A DNA stretch of 64,000 bases. It comes from Squalus acanthias (Eukaryota). The notes beneath the pieces were generated by a model. That model made no database searches and was not told where the DNA came from. It saw only the letters and a list, made by a program, of their open reading frames with translations. A program made the position numbers and the translations under genes. Positions 22,990 through 34,851 of this stretch are shown here, piece after piece (the first letter of the stretch is position 1; each line of letters opens with the position of its first letter). The stretch spans positions 4,712,001-4,776,000 of the forward strand of contig CM059432.1 in NCBI GenBank assembly GCA_030390025.1, in the 5' to 3' direction.

Positions 22990-25736
22990 TTAAACCAGCT
23001 TCTCCTCTTCTTGCTGAGCCAAGACCTCACGCATTAACCTTCGTCGTCGCTTCTTCTTCCGCCGTCTTTTCTCCATCATCGCCAGACATAGCAAATAGAT
23101 CACAATGATCAATTGGATTATGACCAATACATGAGGCACGATTCTTATCCAAGGATTTATCTCAACTGTAGATCCCCAATTCAATAATTGTTTCCACCAC
23201 GGGATAATTTTGGTATTTCGTATGTCTTTCTCCACTTCAATTTGTCTTTGTTTTAATTCCCACAATACATGCTGGGTTACATCAAGATCATCCAGTAATT
23301 TAGTTATTTTAGCCTGAACTTCGGGTTCAAGTAAATCTATATCATAGCCAAACTTACTAACCAATTCTTCCATTTTCAAATTAGAGAGTGGGTCTGATAC
23401 ATCGATACCAGTTTCCTTTCCTAGGAGTAAGGGTTGTAGGACTCTACGTCCTATCATAAGAACATAAGAAGTAAAAGCAGGAGTCGACTGTATGGCCCCT
23501 CGAGCCTGCTCCGCCATTCAATAAGATCATGGCTGATCATCGACCTCGACTCCATTTTCCTACCCGATCCCCATATCACTTGATTCCCATAGAGTACAAA
23601 AATCTATCGATCTCAGCCTTGAATATACTCAAAGACTCAGCAGCCACAGCACTCTGGGGCAGAAAATTCCAAAGATTCACAACCCTCTGAGTGAAGAAAT
23701 TCTTCCTCATCTCAGTCTTAAATGTCCGACCCCTTATCCTGAGACTATGCCCCCTAGTTCTAGACACTCCAGCTAGGGGAAACAACCTCTCAGCATCTAC
23801 CCTGTCAATCCCCTTCAGAATCTTGTATGTTTCAATGAGATCACCTCTTTCTCCTAAACTCCAGAGAGTATAGGCCCATTCTACACAATCTCTCATCATA
23901 GGACAGCCCTCTCATCCCAGGAATCATTCTAGTGAACCTTCGTTGCACCGCCTCCAAGGCAAGTAAATCCTTCCTTAGATAAGGAGACCAAAGCTGCACA
24001 GTACTCCAGGTGTGGTCTCACAAAGGCCCTGTACAATTGAAGCAAGACTTCCTCACTCTTATACTCCAACCCCCTTGCAATAAAGGCCAACATGCCATTT
24101 GCCTTCCTTATTGCTTGCTGTACCTACATGCTAGCTTTCTGTGTTTCTTGCACAAGGACACCCAAATCTCTCTGAACACCAACATTTGAAAGTTTCTCAC
24201 CATTTAAAAAATATATCAATACCACATGAGCAGGCTCAATACAAAAGGTTGGTTGTATAACCGGGCTTGTCAAATTATTTCCATAAATAAAAGATTTTAC
24301 AGTTGCGGTTACACAACACATTCCATTCCCTCTGTAAGCAGAGTTAACAACTCCATGTCTTCCTGATGTAGATTTGTGATTAACTACTTGAACCTTAATC
24401 AACCTTCTAAATTTACATATACTCACATGAGGTGAAATTTCATAATCTGTCAATTGTGTTAAGTGTTCATTGCTAATCCCATCAGGTACGTGTCCCTCCT
24501 CTAATTTCTCTAAATGATGGCGGGTTTGATCTACTAACCCACTCCCATACATCATGCACAAGTCACTCCGAGCTTCCTCTGTGCTGGCGTTTCCATCTTC
24601 CTTGATGAGCAGATCCACCTTTCTAGCAGTATCTAAAATAGGATTAGTGAGTTTTGTTAAATGGAGAGTCATTATCAGGTCCTCCTATAGTTGCTGTTGC
24701 GTTAAATCATTGCTCTGCTGTAAGATACTTTTAATTTGCTGCTTTGCTTTCCTTAATTCACCATCCATTGTTACTAAATCTAATCCATTATAAGCCTTTT
24801 CTGCCGTATTGACTCCTGTCACTATATCCTTAATCAAACTCCTTCTCTTCCTGTTTCCTTGTGGGCTTTGGGCCGTGACCACTGCAGTAGGTGGAGTAGA
24901 CCACTTCTCCACTTCTTCCTAAGGATTTTTCAAATCTTTGGATCCCCATGAATCTCCAGTGTCCCCCCAAAAATCTTTAATTACTCATTGCCGCATTTTT
25001 ATCTCTAATTCAAATTCAAAATAACTGGAATTATCTGATAAAGTACGTTTTGATATAAAATCTGATTGGCTGGGCCCAATACCAGGCCATTTTTGGGTCC
25101 TGGTATTTGCTTTGGACACTCAGGAGATTTGTATTGTTTTAATTCAGGTGTTTTCTTTGGTGCCGTTTTTAACTGATACATTATTATAGTTTGATGGTTT
25201 ACTTCTTCTCTACTCGCACTCTTTCCTGCTACATTATTCCCAAACACACTACAATCACAATAATATCTGCCTTCGTATTGCTTATTCCAATTCGGCCAAC
25301 AGTAGACCATACCGTCACTCACGGAGTGATTGGTTTCGTACTGTCTTACAGATACAGCCGGTTCTATATTTAACCTTTCCACACTAGGTTTTCCCGGTAC
25401 GGGTGTGAGCAGTACCACGTCTGTGACATTACGTAATCTAGATATTGTGCACTTGTTACCATCCCCGGGTGACTCAAAGCTACATTTAGCACAAATTCGT
25501 CTCCCTTCCTTTACCTCGATCACCTTTACCAAAGCTGAATGATGCTTGCGTCCTCTTGCCCCCTTTTCGGAGCTGTTATTACCATCAAACGGACAGGCAA
25601 AATACCGTTCCTCAGAGTATGTTGCAGCTTCGGCCGTTTTCCCCGGGTAGGTGACCGTCGACGAGCACCAATCTACTTCGGAGGTCACACGTTCGCACCA
25701 CACGATTCCCAAGAGAAGCGCCAACACACTCTTCAT
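22990..25736 (-). pseudogene. env: env-like class I fusion glycoprotein (copy A), disrupted
   Basis: Signal peptide MKSVLALLLGIVWC; furin site RKRR|SLIKD; heptad-rich segments; Trp-rich membrane-proximal region; TM IVPHVLVIIQLIIVIYLLCLAMM; basic tail. Frameshift near 25010, several stops and a CR1 insertion. Confidence 0.85.
23457..24213 (-). mobile_element. 5'-truncated CR1 inserted in env
   Basis: CR1 C-terminal motifs; flanking duplication TATCA (23452-23456, 24214-24218). Confidence 0.9.
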
Positions 25737-25760
25737 CTTTTCCTCCTGTTCCCTTTCTCC

Positions 25761-25781
25761 CTGTAAAATAAAATAAACAAA
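25761..25781 (-). promoter_or_regulatory. env splice acceptor
   Basis: TTTGTTTATTTTATTTTACAG ends 24 nt before the env ATG; identical at 17591-17611. Confidence 0.65.
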
Positions 25782-25902
25782 GGTTCGCTCTGCGTTGGCC
25801 CCGACGACACTGTCCAGGCTACGCTGATCCGATTGGATAAATAAGTAACTTATTCATTTACAGAATTTACATGCCTGCTCTTGGCATTTATGACTCCTCA
25901 AG

Positions 25903-26535
25903 TTATATTTCGGGCCTCTCGGGCTCACGCCCTTTGGGCTCCCTCCCTTTCTGTTGGCACCTCCTGTTGCCATTATTCAAGTGGCCGGGACTGACACTGG
26001 TGGCCCTTGTGGCTGTCTCTGTGGCTGTATCACCATAGGTACACCCTCATCTTCCATGGCCCACTATTTAATCATACTCATAACAGTCCCTTCCGCTCTC
26101 TGTTGTTTCCTTTGGGGTTTGTACAGTTTCATTTGATTGGTGTGGAACCATTTTACCTTCTTGGGTAGTTGTACCACATATACCAGTGGGCGAGCCTTTC
26201 CCACAATATCAGCGGTTCAAACAATCCTACCCGCGCATAATTACTTACCATTACCTGATCCCCAATATCCCATTCCTGTGGTTTGTATGATTCTAAATTA
26301 ATTTTCTTGGTTTGCTGTTTTCTGTCAATATCCCCTGCAGCTTGTCTACAGAGCTCCTCCGACTGTTTCTTCAGGCCTCTCATAAATCTGTCCCGAGTTA
26401 CTTCCTTCTCCTGTCTTTCAGTCAGAACAGGCACCAATAGGTGTAGCGGTGTTCTCCTCGGTCTCCCTGTCTTCAACTCCTGAGGTGAGTATCCTGTTGT
26501 ACGAGAGGTTCTCCCCCTAATAATCAACACCAGTG
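25903..26535 (-). pseudogene. pol: ERV-like copy A integrase C-terminus
   Basis: PLVLIIRG...TTGYSPQELKTGRP...WDIGDQVMVSNY...WFHTNQMKLYK. Confidence 0.8.
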
Positions 26536-26995
26536 GGAATTGATTGCGATCCAACCCTCCTCCTTGTGTTTCATTAGAAACAAGCCACATTCTGCTCGCA
26601 AACGCTTCAGGGTGTTCCTCCTTCCCCTGCATAGTTTGTGCCATGATCTTAAATGGATCACCCCTTCCATACCCGTAAGCTTCTCTAACGTGTCGCTTTG
26701 TATCGTCCCAAGTTACCGCGGGTCGGTCATACTTGGTGTCTTGGGGAGGCCCAGCCAGAACTGCCCTCTCTTTTTCTCGGATTCGTCACGACACTGCATC
26801 GCAGCCATCGTTGCTCATTGCAAAAGGTGCCCTTCCACATCTCCTCCCCGTCCGAGGTTTCCTAAATCCCTTGATGCTTCCCTTAATTGTGAGGGAGTAT
26901 AAGCTTCATCATAATTTGACAATACCGGGACTCCCCCAGCCACCGGTGTCGTTTTTGTCTGCCGTACCGGACACATTACTCCTCGCCCTACACAA
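26536..26995 (-). pseudogene. gag: ERV-like copy A gag fragment (capsid-like)
   Basis: YTPSQLRE...GDPFKIMAQTMQGKEEHPEAFASRMW (MHR-like Q..E.P..F..R); one in-frame TGA. Confidence 0.65.
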
Positions 26996-27106
26996 CATAA
27001 GAACATAAGAAATAGGAGCAGGAGTAGGCCATTAGTCCCCTCCTACACTACGCCAGTGACTCCACTTCAAAAATACTTCATTGGCTGTAAAGCACTTTGA
27101 GACGTC

Positions 27107-29474
27107 AGCCTGCACCTCACAAACAATCTGACGTCTCCCAGTGATGTAGAGACACAGAGTCCACAGCATCTGGTCTGCACTCAAGGGCTCCATAATCAGC
27201 ACCTGTGAAGAGACGCTCGGTCACTCAACCAGGAAACACAAAGACTGGTTTGACGAGAATGTCCAGGAGATCCAGGCGCTAATAAGCCGCAAGCACAAGG
27301 CATTCCTGATCTGGAAACAGCAACAGAACTCGAGAGCAAGAAAGCAGCTCTACAGACGCCTGAAGGCCGAGGTACAACAAAAAAACTCGCGACCTAAAGA
27401 ACAGATGGTGGGTGGAGAAAGCGCAGGAGATCCAGCAGCTAGCCGACAACCACGGCGTGCGTGGATTCTTTAGCGCAGTCGAGACCATCTACGGCCCAAG
27501 CACCCAAGGCCCTACCCCACTGCGGGCCAATAACGGAGAGGTACTCATCAAGGACAGAGAGGCAGTCAGTACCCGCTGGAAGGAGCACTTCGAAGATCTC
27601 CTTAACCGAGACTCTGTCTTCGACGCGAGTGTCCTCAACTCCATCCCGCAGCATGCTACCCGCCACCATCTCAGCACAACCCTAGCCCGGCATGAGGTTG
27701 AAAAGGCCATCCGACAACTGAAGAAGAACAAGGCCTCAGGAGCAGATGGAATCCCTGCCGAGATGCTAAAGCATGGCGGAGAAGCAACTACTGGTGCGAA
27801 TTCATGAACTCATTTCTATTATCTGGAAGGAGGAGAGCATGCCAGGGGATATCAGAGACGCCGTAATTGTGACCATCTTCAAGAAAGGTGACATGTCCGA
27901 CTGCGGTAATTACAGAGGAGTTTCTCTGCTGTCTGCCACAGGGAAAGTCATCGCAAGAATCCTCCTCAATCGCCTTCTCCCAGTGGCTGAAGAGCTCCTC
28001 CCAGAGTCGCAATGCGGATTCTGCCCACTAAGGGGCACAATGGACATGATCTTCACCGCGTGTCAGTTACAAGAGAAATGCAGGGAACAGCACCAATCGC
28101 TGTACATGGCCTTCTTTGATCTCACAAAGGCCTTTGACATTGTCAACCGTGAGGGATTATGGAGTGTCCTCCTCAAATTCGGCTGCCCTCAAAAGTTTTC
28201 ACCATCCTCCACCTGCTTCACGATGGCATGCAAGCCGTGATCTTGACCAACGGTTCCACCACAAACCCAATTCACGTACGGACCGGGGTCAAGCAAGGAT
28301 GCGTCATCGCACCAACGCTCTTCTCGATCTTCCTTGCTGCAATGCTCCATCTCACCCTCAGTAAGCTCCCCGCTGGAGTGGAGCTAATTTACAGAACAAA
28401 CGGGAAACTGTTCAACATCCGTCGCCTCCAGTCCAGATCCAAGGTCGTCTCATCCTCTGTCGTCGAATTACAGTATGCAGACGACGCTTGCGTCTGCGCT
28501 CACTCAGACGTCGAACTCCAAACCATCGTCAACAACTTCACTGAAGCGTATGAGAGCATGGGCCTTACACTAAACATCCGTAAGACAAAGGTCCTCTACC
28601 AACCTGCCCCCGCCACACAGTACTGCCCCCCGATAATCAAAATCCACAACAAGGCCTTGGACAATGTGGACCACTTTCCATACCTCGGCAGCCTACTGTC
28701 AACAAGGGCAGACGTCGATGACTAAGTCCAACACCGCCTTCAGTGTGCCAGTGCAGTCTTCGGTCGCCTGAGGAAGAGAGTGTTTGAAGACCAGGACATC
28801 AAACCCGGCATTAAGCTCATGGTCTACAGAGCAGCAGTGATACCCGCCCTCCTGTATGCCTCAGAGACATGGACCATGTACAGCAGGCACCTCAAAGCAC
28901 TGGAGAGGTACCACCAACGCTGCCTCCGCAAGATCCCGCAAATCCATTGGCAGGATAGGCGCACCAACGTCAGTGTTCTGCTCAGGCCAACATCCCCAGC
29001 ATCGAAGCTTTGACCACGCTCAATCAGTTCCGATGGACGGGTCACATCGTCCGCATGCTCGATACGAGACTCCCAAAACAAGCGCTCTACTCGTAGCTCC
29101 GACATGGCAAGAGAGCCCCAGGTGGGCAGAGGAAAAGCTTCAAGGACTCCCTCAAAGCCTCCTTGAAAAAGTGCAACATCCCCACTGACACCTGGGAATC
29201 CCTGGCCCAAGACCGCACAAAGTGGAGGAGAAGCATCCGGGAAGGCGCCGAACACCTCGAGCCTCTTCGCCGGGAGCAAGCGGAAGCCAAGCGCAAGCAG
29301 CACAAGGAGCGCACGTCAACCCAAGCACCCCACCCACCCGCCCCTTCAACCACCGTCTGCCCCACCTGTGACAGAGACTATAGGTCTCGTATTGGACTCA
29401 TCAGTCAACTGAGAACTCATTTTTAATGTGGAAGCAAGTCATCCTCGGTTCCGAGGGACTGCCTAAGAGAGAGA
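27107..29474 (+). mobile_element. RTE (BovB-like) LINE, 5'-truncated
   Basis: CGNYRGVSLLS, ESQCGF, GVKQGCVIAP, LQYADD and C-terminal CPTC...SRIGLIS.LRTH; inserted in a DeuSINE tail. Confidence 0.92.
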
Positions 29475-29519
29475 GGTCGTGAAAGGCGCTGTAGAAATGC
29501 AAGACTTTCTTTTTTTCTT

Positions 29520-32500
29520 TTCGAGCCTGCTCCGCCATTCAATAAGATCATGGCTGATCTTTTACCTCATCTACACTTTCCCGCCCAATCTCCATATCCC
29601 TTGATTCCCTTAATATTCAAAAATCTATCAATCTCTGTCTTGAATATACTCAGTAACTGAGCCTGCACAGCCCTCTGGGGTAGAGAATTCCAAAGATTCA
29701 CCACCCTCTGAGTGAAGAAATTCCTCCTCATCTCAGTCCTAAATGGCCGACCCCTTATTCTGAGACTGTGACACCTGGTTCTAGACTCCCCAGCCAGGGG
29801 AAACATCCCCCCTGCATCTACCCTGTCAAGCCCTGTAAGAATTTTGTATGTTTCAATGAGATCACCTCTCATTCTTCTAAACTCTAGAGAATATAGGCCT
29901 AGTCTACTCAATCTCTCCTCATAGGACAATCCCCCCATCCCAGGAACCAGTCTGGTGAACCTTCGTTGCACTCTCTCTATGGCAAGTATATCCTTCCTTA
30001 GGTAAGGAGACCAAAACTGTACAAAATACTCCAGGTGTGGTCTCACCAGGGCCCTATATAATTGCAGTAAGACATTTTTACTCTTATACTCAAATCCTCT
30101 TGTAATACAGGCCAACATACCATTTGCTTTCCTAATTGCTTGCTGTACCTGCATGTTAAATTTCAGTGATTCATGTACAAGGACACCCAGGTCCCTCTGA
30201 ACACCAACATTTCCCAATCTCTCACCATTTAAAAAATATTCTACTTTTCTATTTTTTCTACCAAAGTGGATAACTTCACATTTCTCCACATTATATTCCA
30301 TTTGCCATGTTCTTGCCCACTCACTTAGCCTGTCTATATCCCCTTGCAGCCTTCTTGCATCCTCCTCACAACTTACATTCCCACCCAGCTTTGTATCATC
30401 AGCAAACTTGGAAATATTACATTTGGTCCCCTCATCCAAATCATAGATTGTAAATAGCTGAGGCCCAAGCACTGATCCTTGCGGTACCCCACTAGTTACA
30501 GCCTGCCAACCCGAAAATGACCCGTTTATTCTTACTCTCTGTTTTCTGTCCATTAACCAATCCTCAGTCCATGCTAGTATATTACCGCCAATCCCATGAG
30601 CCCTAATTATGTTTAATAACCTCTTGTGTGGCACCTTATCGAATGCCTTCTGAAAATCCAAATACAGCACATCCACTGGTTCTCCCTTATCTATTCTGTT
30701 AGTTACAACCTCAAAAAATTCTAACAGATTTGTTAAACACGATTTCCCTTTCATAAATCCGTGTTGACTCTGCCCAATCCTATTACTATTTTCTAAGTGC
30801 CCTGTTACCACGTCCTTAATAATAGATTCTAGCATTTTCCCTACTACAGATGTCAGGCTAACTGGTCTGTAGTTCCCTGTTTTCTCTCTCCCTCCTTTCT
30901 TAAATAGTGGAGTTACATTTGCTACCTTCCAATCCGCAGGAACCGTTCCAGAATCTATGGAATGTTGGAAAATGACAACCAATGCATCCACTATCTCTAT
31001 AGCCACCTCTTTCAAAACTCTAGGATGTAGGCCATCAGGTCCAGGGGATTTATCGGCTTTCAGTCCCATTAATTTCTCCAGTACTACTTTTTTACTAATA
31101 CTAATTTCTCTCAGTTCCTCATTCTCGCTAGCCCCTTGGTTCTCCACTATTTCTGGGAGGTTTTTTGCGTCTTCTTCCGTGAAGACAGACACAAAGGGCT
31201 GGATTTTGAATGACCCGTGGAGTCGGGTTTGGAGTCGGGGGGGGGGGTAAAGTTGCAGATTCGGGGGTCCCGACCCCATCCCGACTCCAACCCGCCTCCA
31301 TGCCAGTTTCTCTGGCGGCGGGTACCCGACCTGGTCTGAGACCCGACTCCCTGAGGCGGGAAGGGATTACTGACAATTAACTGCCTGTTAACAGGTAGTT
31401 AACAGGCAGTTTTTTGCATAATCCCTATTTTAAAAACAAAAGTGTGGGCTTCCCGACAGGTGGCAACCACGCCAAGTTATCGGGTCGGGCCGTGGGTCTG
31501 CAGGGGTTGGAGGGGTCGATATGTCCGGTGGGCAGGTGAGTGATGGGTGCATGTGTGCAGAGGTAAGTGTGTAAGGTAAGTGCTAACTGTTGAAAAAAGT
31601 TTTACTTACCTTAACTTCCTCCTGCAGGTGTCAGCCCTTCAGTTCTCGGGAGTTAGAAATCTCACCGGCACAGAAAGCAGGAAAGCCGTGGACCTGTCAA
31701 AAACAGCAGCCTTCTGGTTTCTGTGGTGGAATGATTTCTAACTCAGCCTGAGAGGAAGGACTGAAGTTAGAAATCATATTGTGAGTGTTTGACAGCTTCA
31801 CAGAGCTGTCAAACGCTGATATTTCATCTGTCAAAAGCTCTTGACAGATGAAATGTCAATCTGTGACGTCACCTGTTGCCGGGTGGCCCTTAATTGGCCT
31901 GCTGAGCCCACTGGGCGGGCTCAACAAGGTCAATCAAGGGAAAATACAGTGGGTTGGCCACATCTCGATGGAGGCGGGTTCACAAGCCAAAATGTGTGAT
32001 TCCCGACCCCAACCTGACCCCAGATTCAAAATCCAGCCCAAAGTATTTGTTTAATTTCTCTGCCATTTTCTTATTCCCCAGTATTATTTCTCCTGTCTCA
32101 GCCTGTAAGGGACCCACATTTACTTTCACTAATCTTTTCCTTTTTACATACCTATAGAAGCTTTTACAGTCTGTTTTTATGTCTCTCGCTAGTTTACTCT
32201 CATATTCTATTTTCTCTTTCTTTATCAATTTCTTGGCAATCCTTTGCTGAATTCTAAAATCCTCCCAATCTTCAGGCTTACTACTCTTTTTGGCAGCATT
32301 ATAAGCCTCTTCCTTTGATCTAATACTATCATTAACTTCTCTTGTTAGGCACGGTTGGACCACTTTTCCTGTGGTTTTTGTGCCTTAAAGGAATGTATAT
32401 TTGTTGTAAATCATGTATTCATTCTTTAAATGCTAGCCATTGCTTGTCTACCATCATACCTTTTAATGTAGTTTCACAATCTCCCTTAGCCAACTCGCCC

Positions 32501-34410
32501 CTCATACCTATGTAGTTTGCTTTGTTTAGATTTAAGACCCTAGTTTCGGATTTAACTAAGTCACTTTCAAACTCAATATAAAATTCTATCATATTATGGT
32601 CACTCTTCCCTAAAGGCCTCTTTACTACAAGGTTATTAATTAACCCTTTTTCGTTGAACAATACTAGATCTAAAATAGCCAGTTCCCTCGTTAGTTCCTC
32701 AACATACTGATCTAGAAATTATCTTGCATACTTTCCATGAATTTGTCCGCCACACTATTACTGCAAATTTGGTTTGCCCAGTTTATATAGTAGATTAAAG
32801 TCCCCCATGATTATTGTATTACCCTTGTTACATGCGCCTCTAATTTCCTGATTTATACTCTGCCCTACATTCAACTACTGTTTGGGGGCCGATAAACAAC
32901 TCCCACAATGTTTTCTGCCCCTTGCTGTTTCTTAGCTCCACCCAAACTGATTCTACTTCTTGATTTTCAGAGCTAAGATCCTTTCTCTCTACTGTCTTTA
33001 TCCCATCCTTTATTATCAGGGCTACCCCTCCTCCTTTTCCATTTTGCCTATCCCTTCTAAAAGTTATGTATCCTGGAATATTTAATTCCCAACCTTGGCC
33101 ACTTTGCAACCACATCTCCGTTATGGCTATTAAATCAAACCTGTTAATTTCTATCTGCACTATTAATTCATCTATTTTGTTGCGAATGCTTCGCGCATTC
33201 AGATATTGTGCCTTTAGCTTTGACTTATTTCTCTTTTTCCCTGATGTCACCTTAGTCACTGATGCCTTTTTACCTTTGTTACTATCTCTGCCCCTTCCTG
33301 ACCCACTCTGATTATTTTTACCCAAAACTCTGCTCTGCTCTTGAGCCTTGACATTTCTCTCGCTGTTTTTAAATTTACTCTTTCCTGAATTCTCCCACCC
33401 CCCCTTCATTAGTTTAAAGCCCTGTCCACTGCCGTAGCTATTCAGTTCACCAAACACTGGTCCCAGCCTGGTTTAACTGGGACCCATCCCAATGGAACAG
33501 CTCCCTCTTTCCGCAGTACTGGTGCCAGTGCCCCATGAACCGAAACCCCTTCCTCCCACACCATTCTTTGAGCCACGCATTGAAACCTCTAATCTGTTTG
33601 TCCCTATGTTAATTTGCGCGTGGCTCAGGTAACAATCCAGAGATTATTACCTTTGAGGTTCTGCTTTTTCATTTGGATCCTAGCTCCTCAAACTCCCTCA
33701 GTATCTATCCCCCTGACTATACTGTCCCCTACCACAACTACATTCCCTTTCACTCCCCCCACTTGAATGCCCTCCTGCACCATGGTCAGCTTGCTCATCC
33801 ATCCTGCAGGCTTTTCCCTCATTCACACAGGCAGCAAGACCCTCAGACCTGTTGGACAAGGGCAAAGGCTGAGGTTCCTCCAGCACTGCACCTGGGGTCC
33901 CCTTTCCTGCCTGAGTTGAAGTCACACCCTCCTGTCCCTGACCACTAACCAGACCTGTACCACTACCTAACCTAAGGGGTGTGACTGCCTCCTGGATCAA
34001 AGTGTCCAGGTAACTCTCCCCATCCCTGATGCCCTGCAATATCTGCACCTCAGACTCCAGCTCAAAAACTCTGAGCTGAAGTTCCTCAAGATGCAGACAA
34101 TTACTGCAAACGTGGTTGTCCGGGATCACAATGCTCTCCACAAACTCCCACATGCTGCAGTTGCGGCACACCACCTGCACTGCCATCCCTATATGACATT
34201 GATTTATTTAATTAAATTTGTAATTAGGTAACTTAGTTTACAGTGTAGTCTCCTGACTACTTACTTAATCTAGATCAATTAAATATCTACCTGTAACACA
34301 AAGCACTACAAATAGTGTAGGCAAAAAGCAACAACTCCTTCCCCCTCTTACCAGAAATTCCCACTCTTTCCAAATTCCCAACTGAAACACTCTGTTCAAG
34401 TCCACTCAGT
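29520..34410 (-). mobile_element. Near full-length decayed CR1, interrupted by MITE D
   Basis: ORF1 33698-34186 (CRNC...HVCSNC); ORF2 pieces 32840-33457, 32419-32661, 31980-32363 and 29567-31195. Confidence 0.92.
31196..32039. mobile_element. MITE family D (Harbinger-like)
   Basis: TIR GGGCTGGATTTTGAAT...ATTCAAAATCCAGCCC; TSD AAA; removal restores the CR1 frame KYFVSVFTEED. Confidence 0.9.
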
Positions 34411-34429
34411 TTAATCCCACTCTGTGCAG

Positions 34430-34735
34430 ACCGCCACCTTTCTTTTCACCTTCCACAACTTCCTTGTCTGCCTCCTTCCACCACGTGTCTAACACATTCC
34501 CTTCCTCCACGGCCCCTGCCACAGCACAGACTATATCTCTCTGTCCCTGTAGTTTGAGCTGGGGCCGTTCGATCTCTTCCTCGCAGGCTGAATGATCAGC
34601 ACACGTTTCGAGTTCCTTGTGTTGCTCTCGCAGCACCCGGAACGCCGCCTTTAAGTCACTACACGCCTGAGACACTCGACTATTTTCTTCCCGTTCACTA
34701 TCCACTTCTTCCCGCAATTGTCCGCACTGGTGGGG
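34430..34735 (-). pseudogene. Probable gag coiled-coil fragment of the ERV-like family
   Basis: QLREEVDSEREEN...CSDLKAAFRVLREQ...DHSACEEEIE; lies just 3' of the partial LTR. Confidence 0.5.
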
Positions 34736-34851
34736 TTTTTTTTTATTCATTCATGGGATGTGGGCGTCGCTGGCAAGGCCAGCATTTATTGCCCAGCCCT
34801 CGAGAAGGTGATGGTGAGCCGCCTTCTTGAACCACCGCAGTCCGTGTGGTG

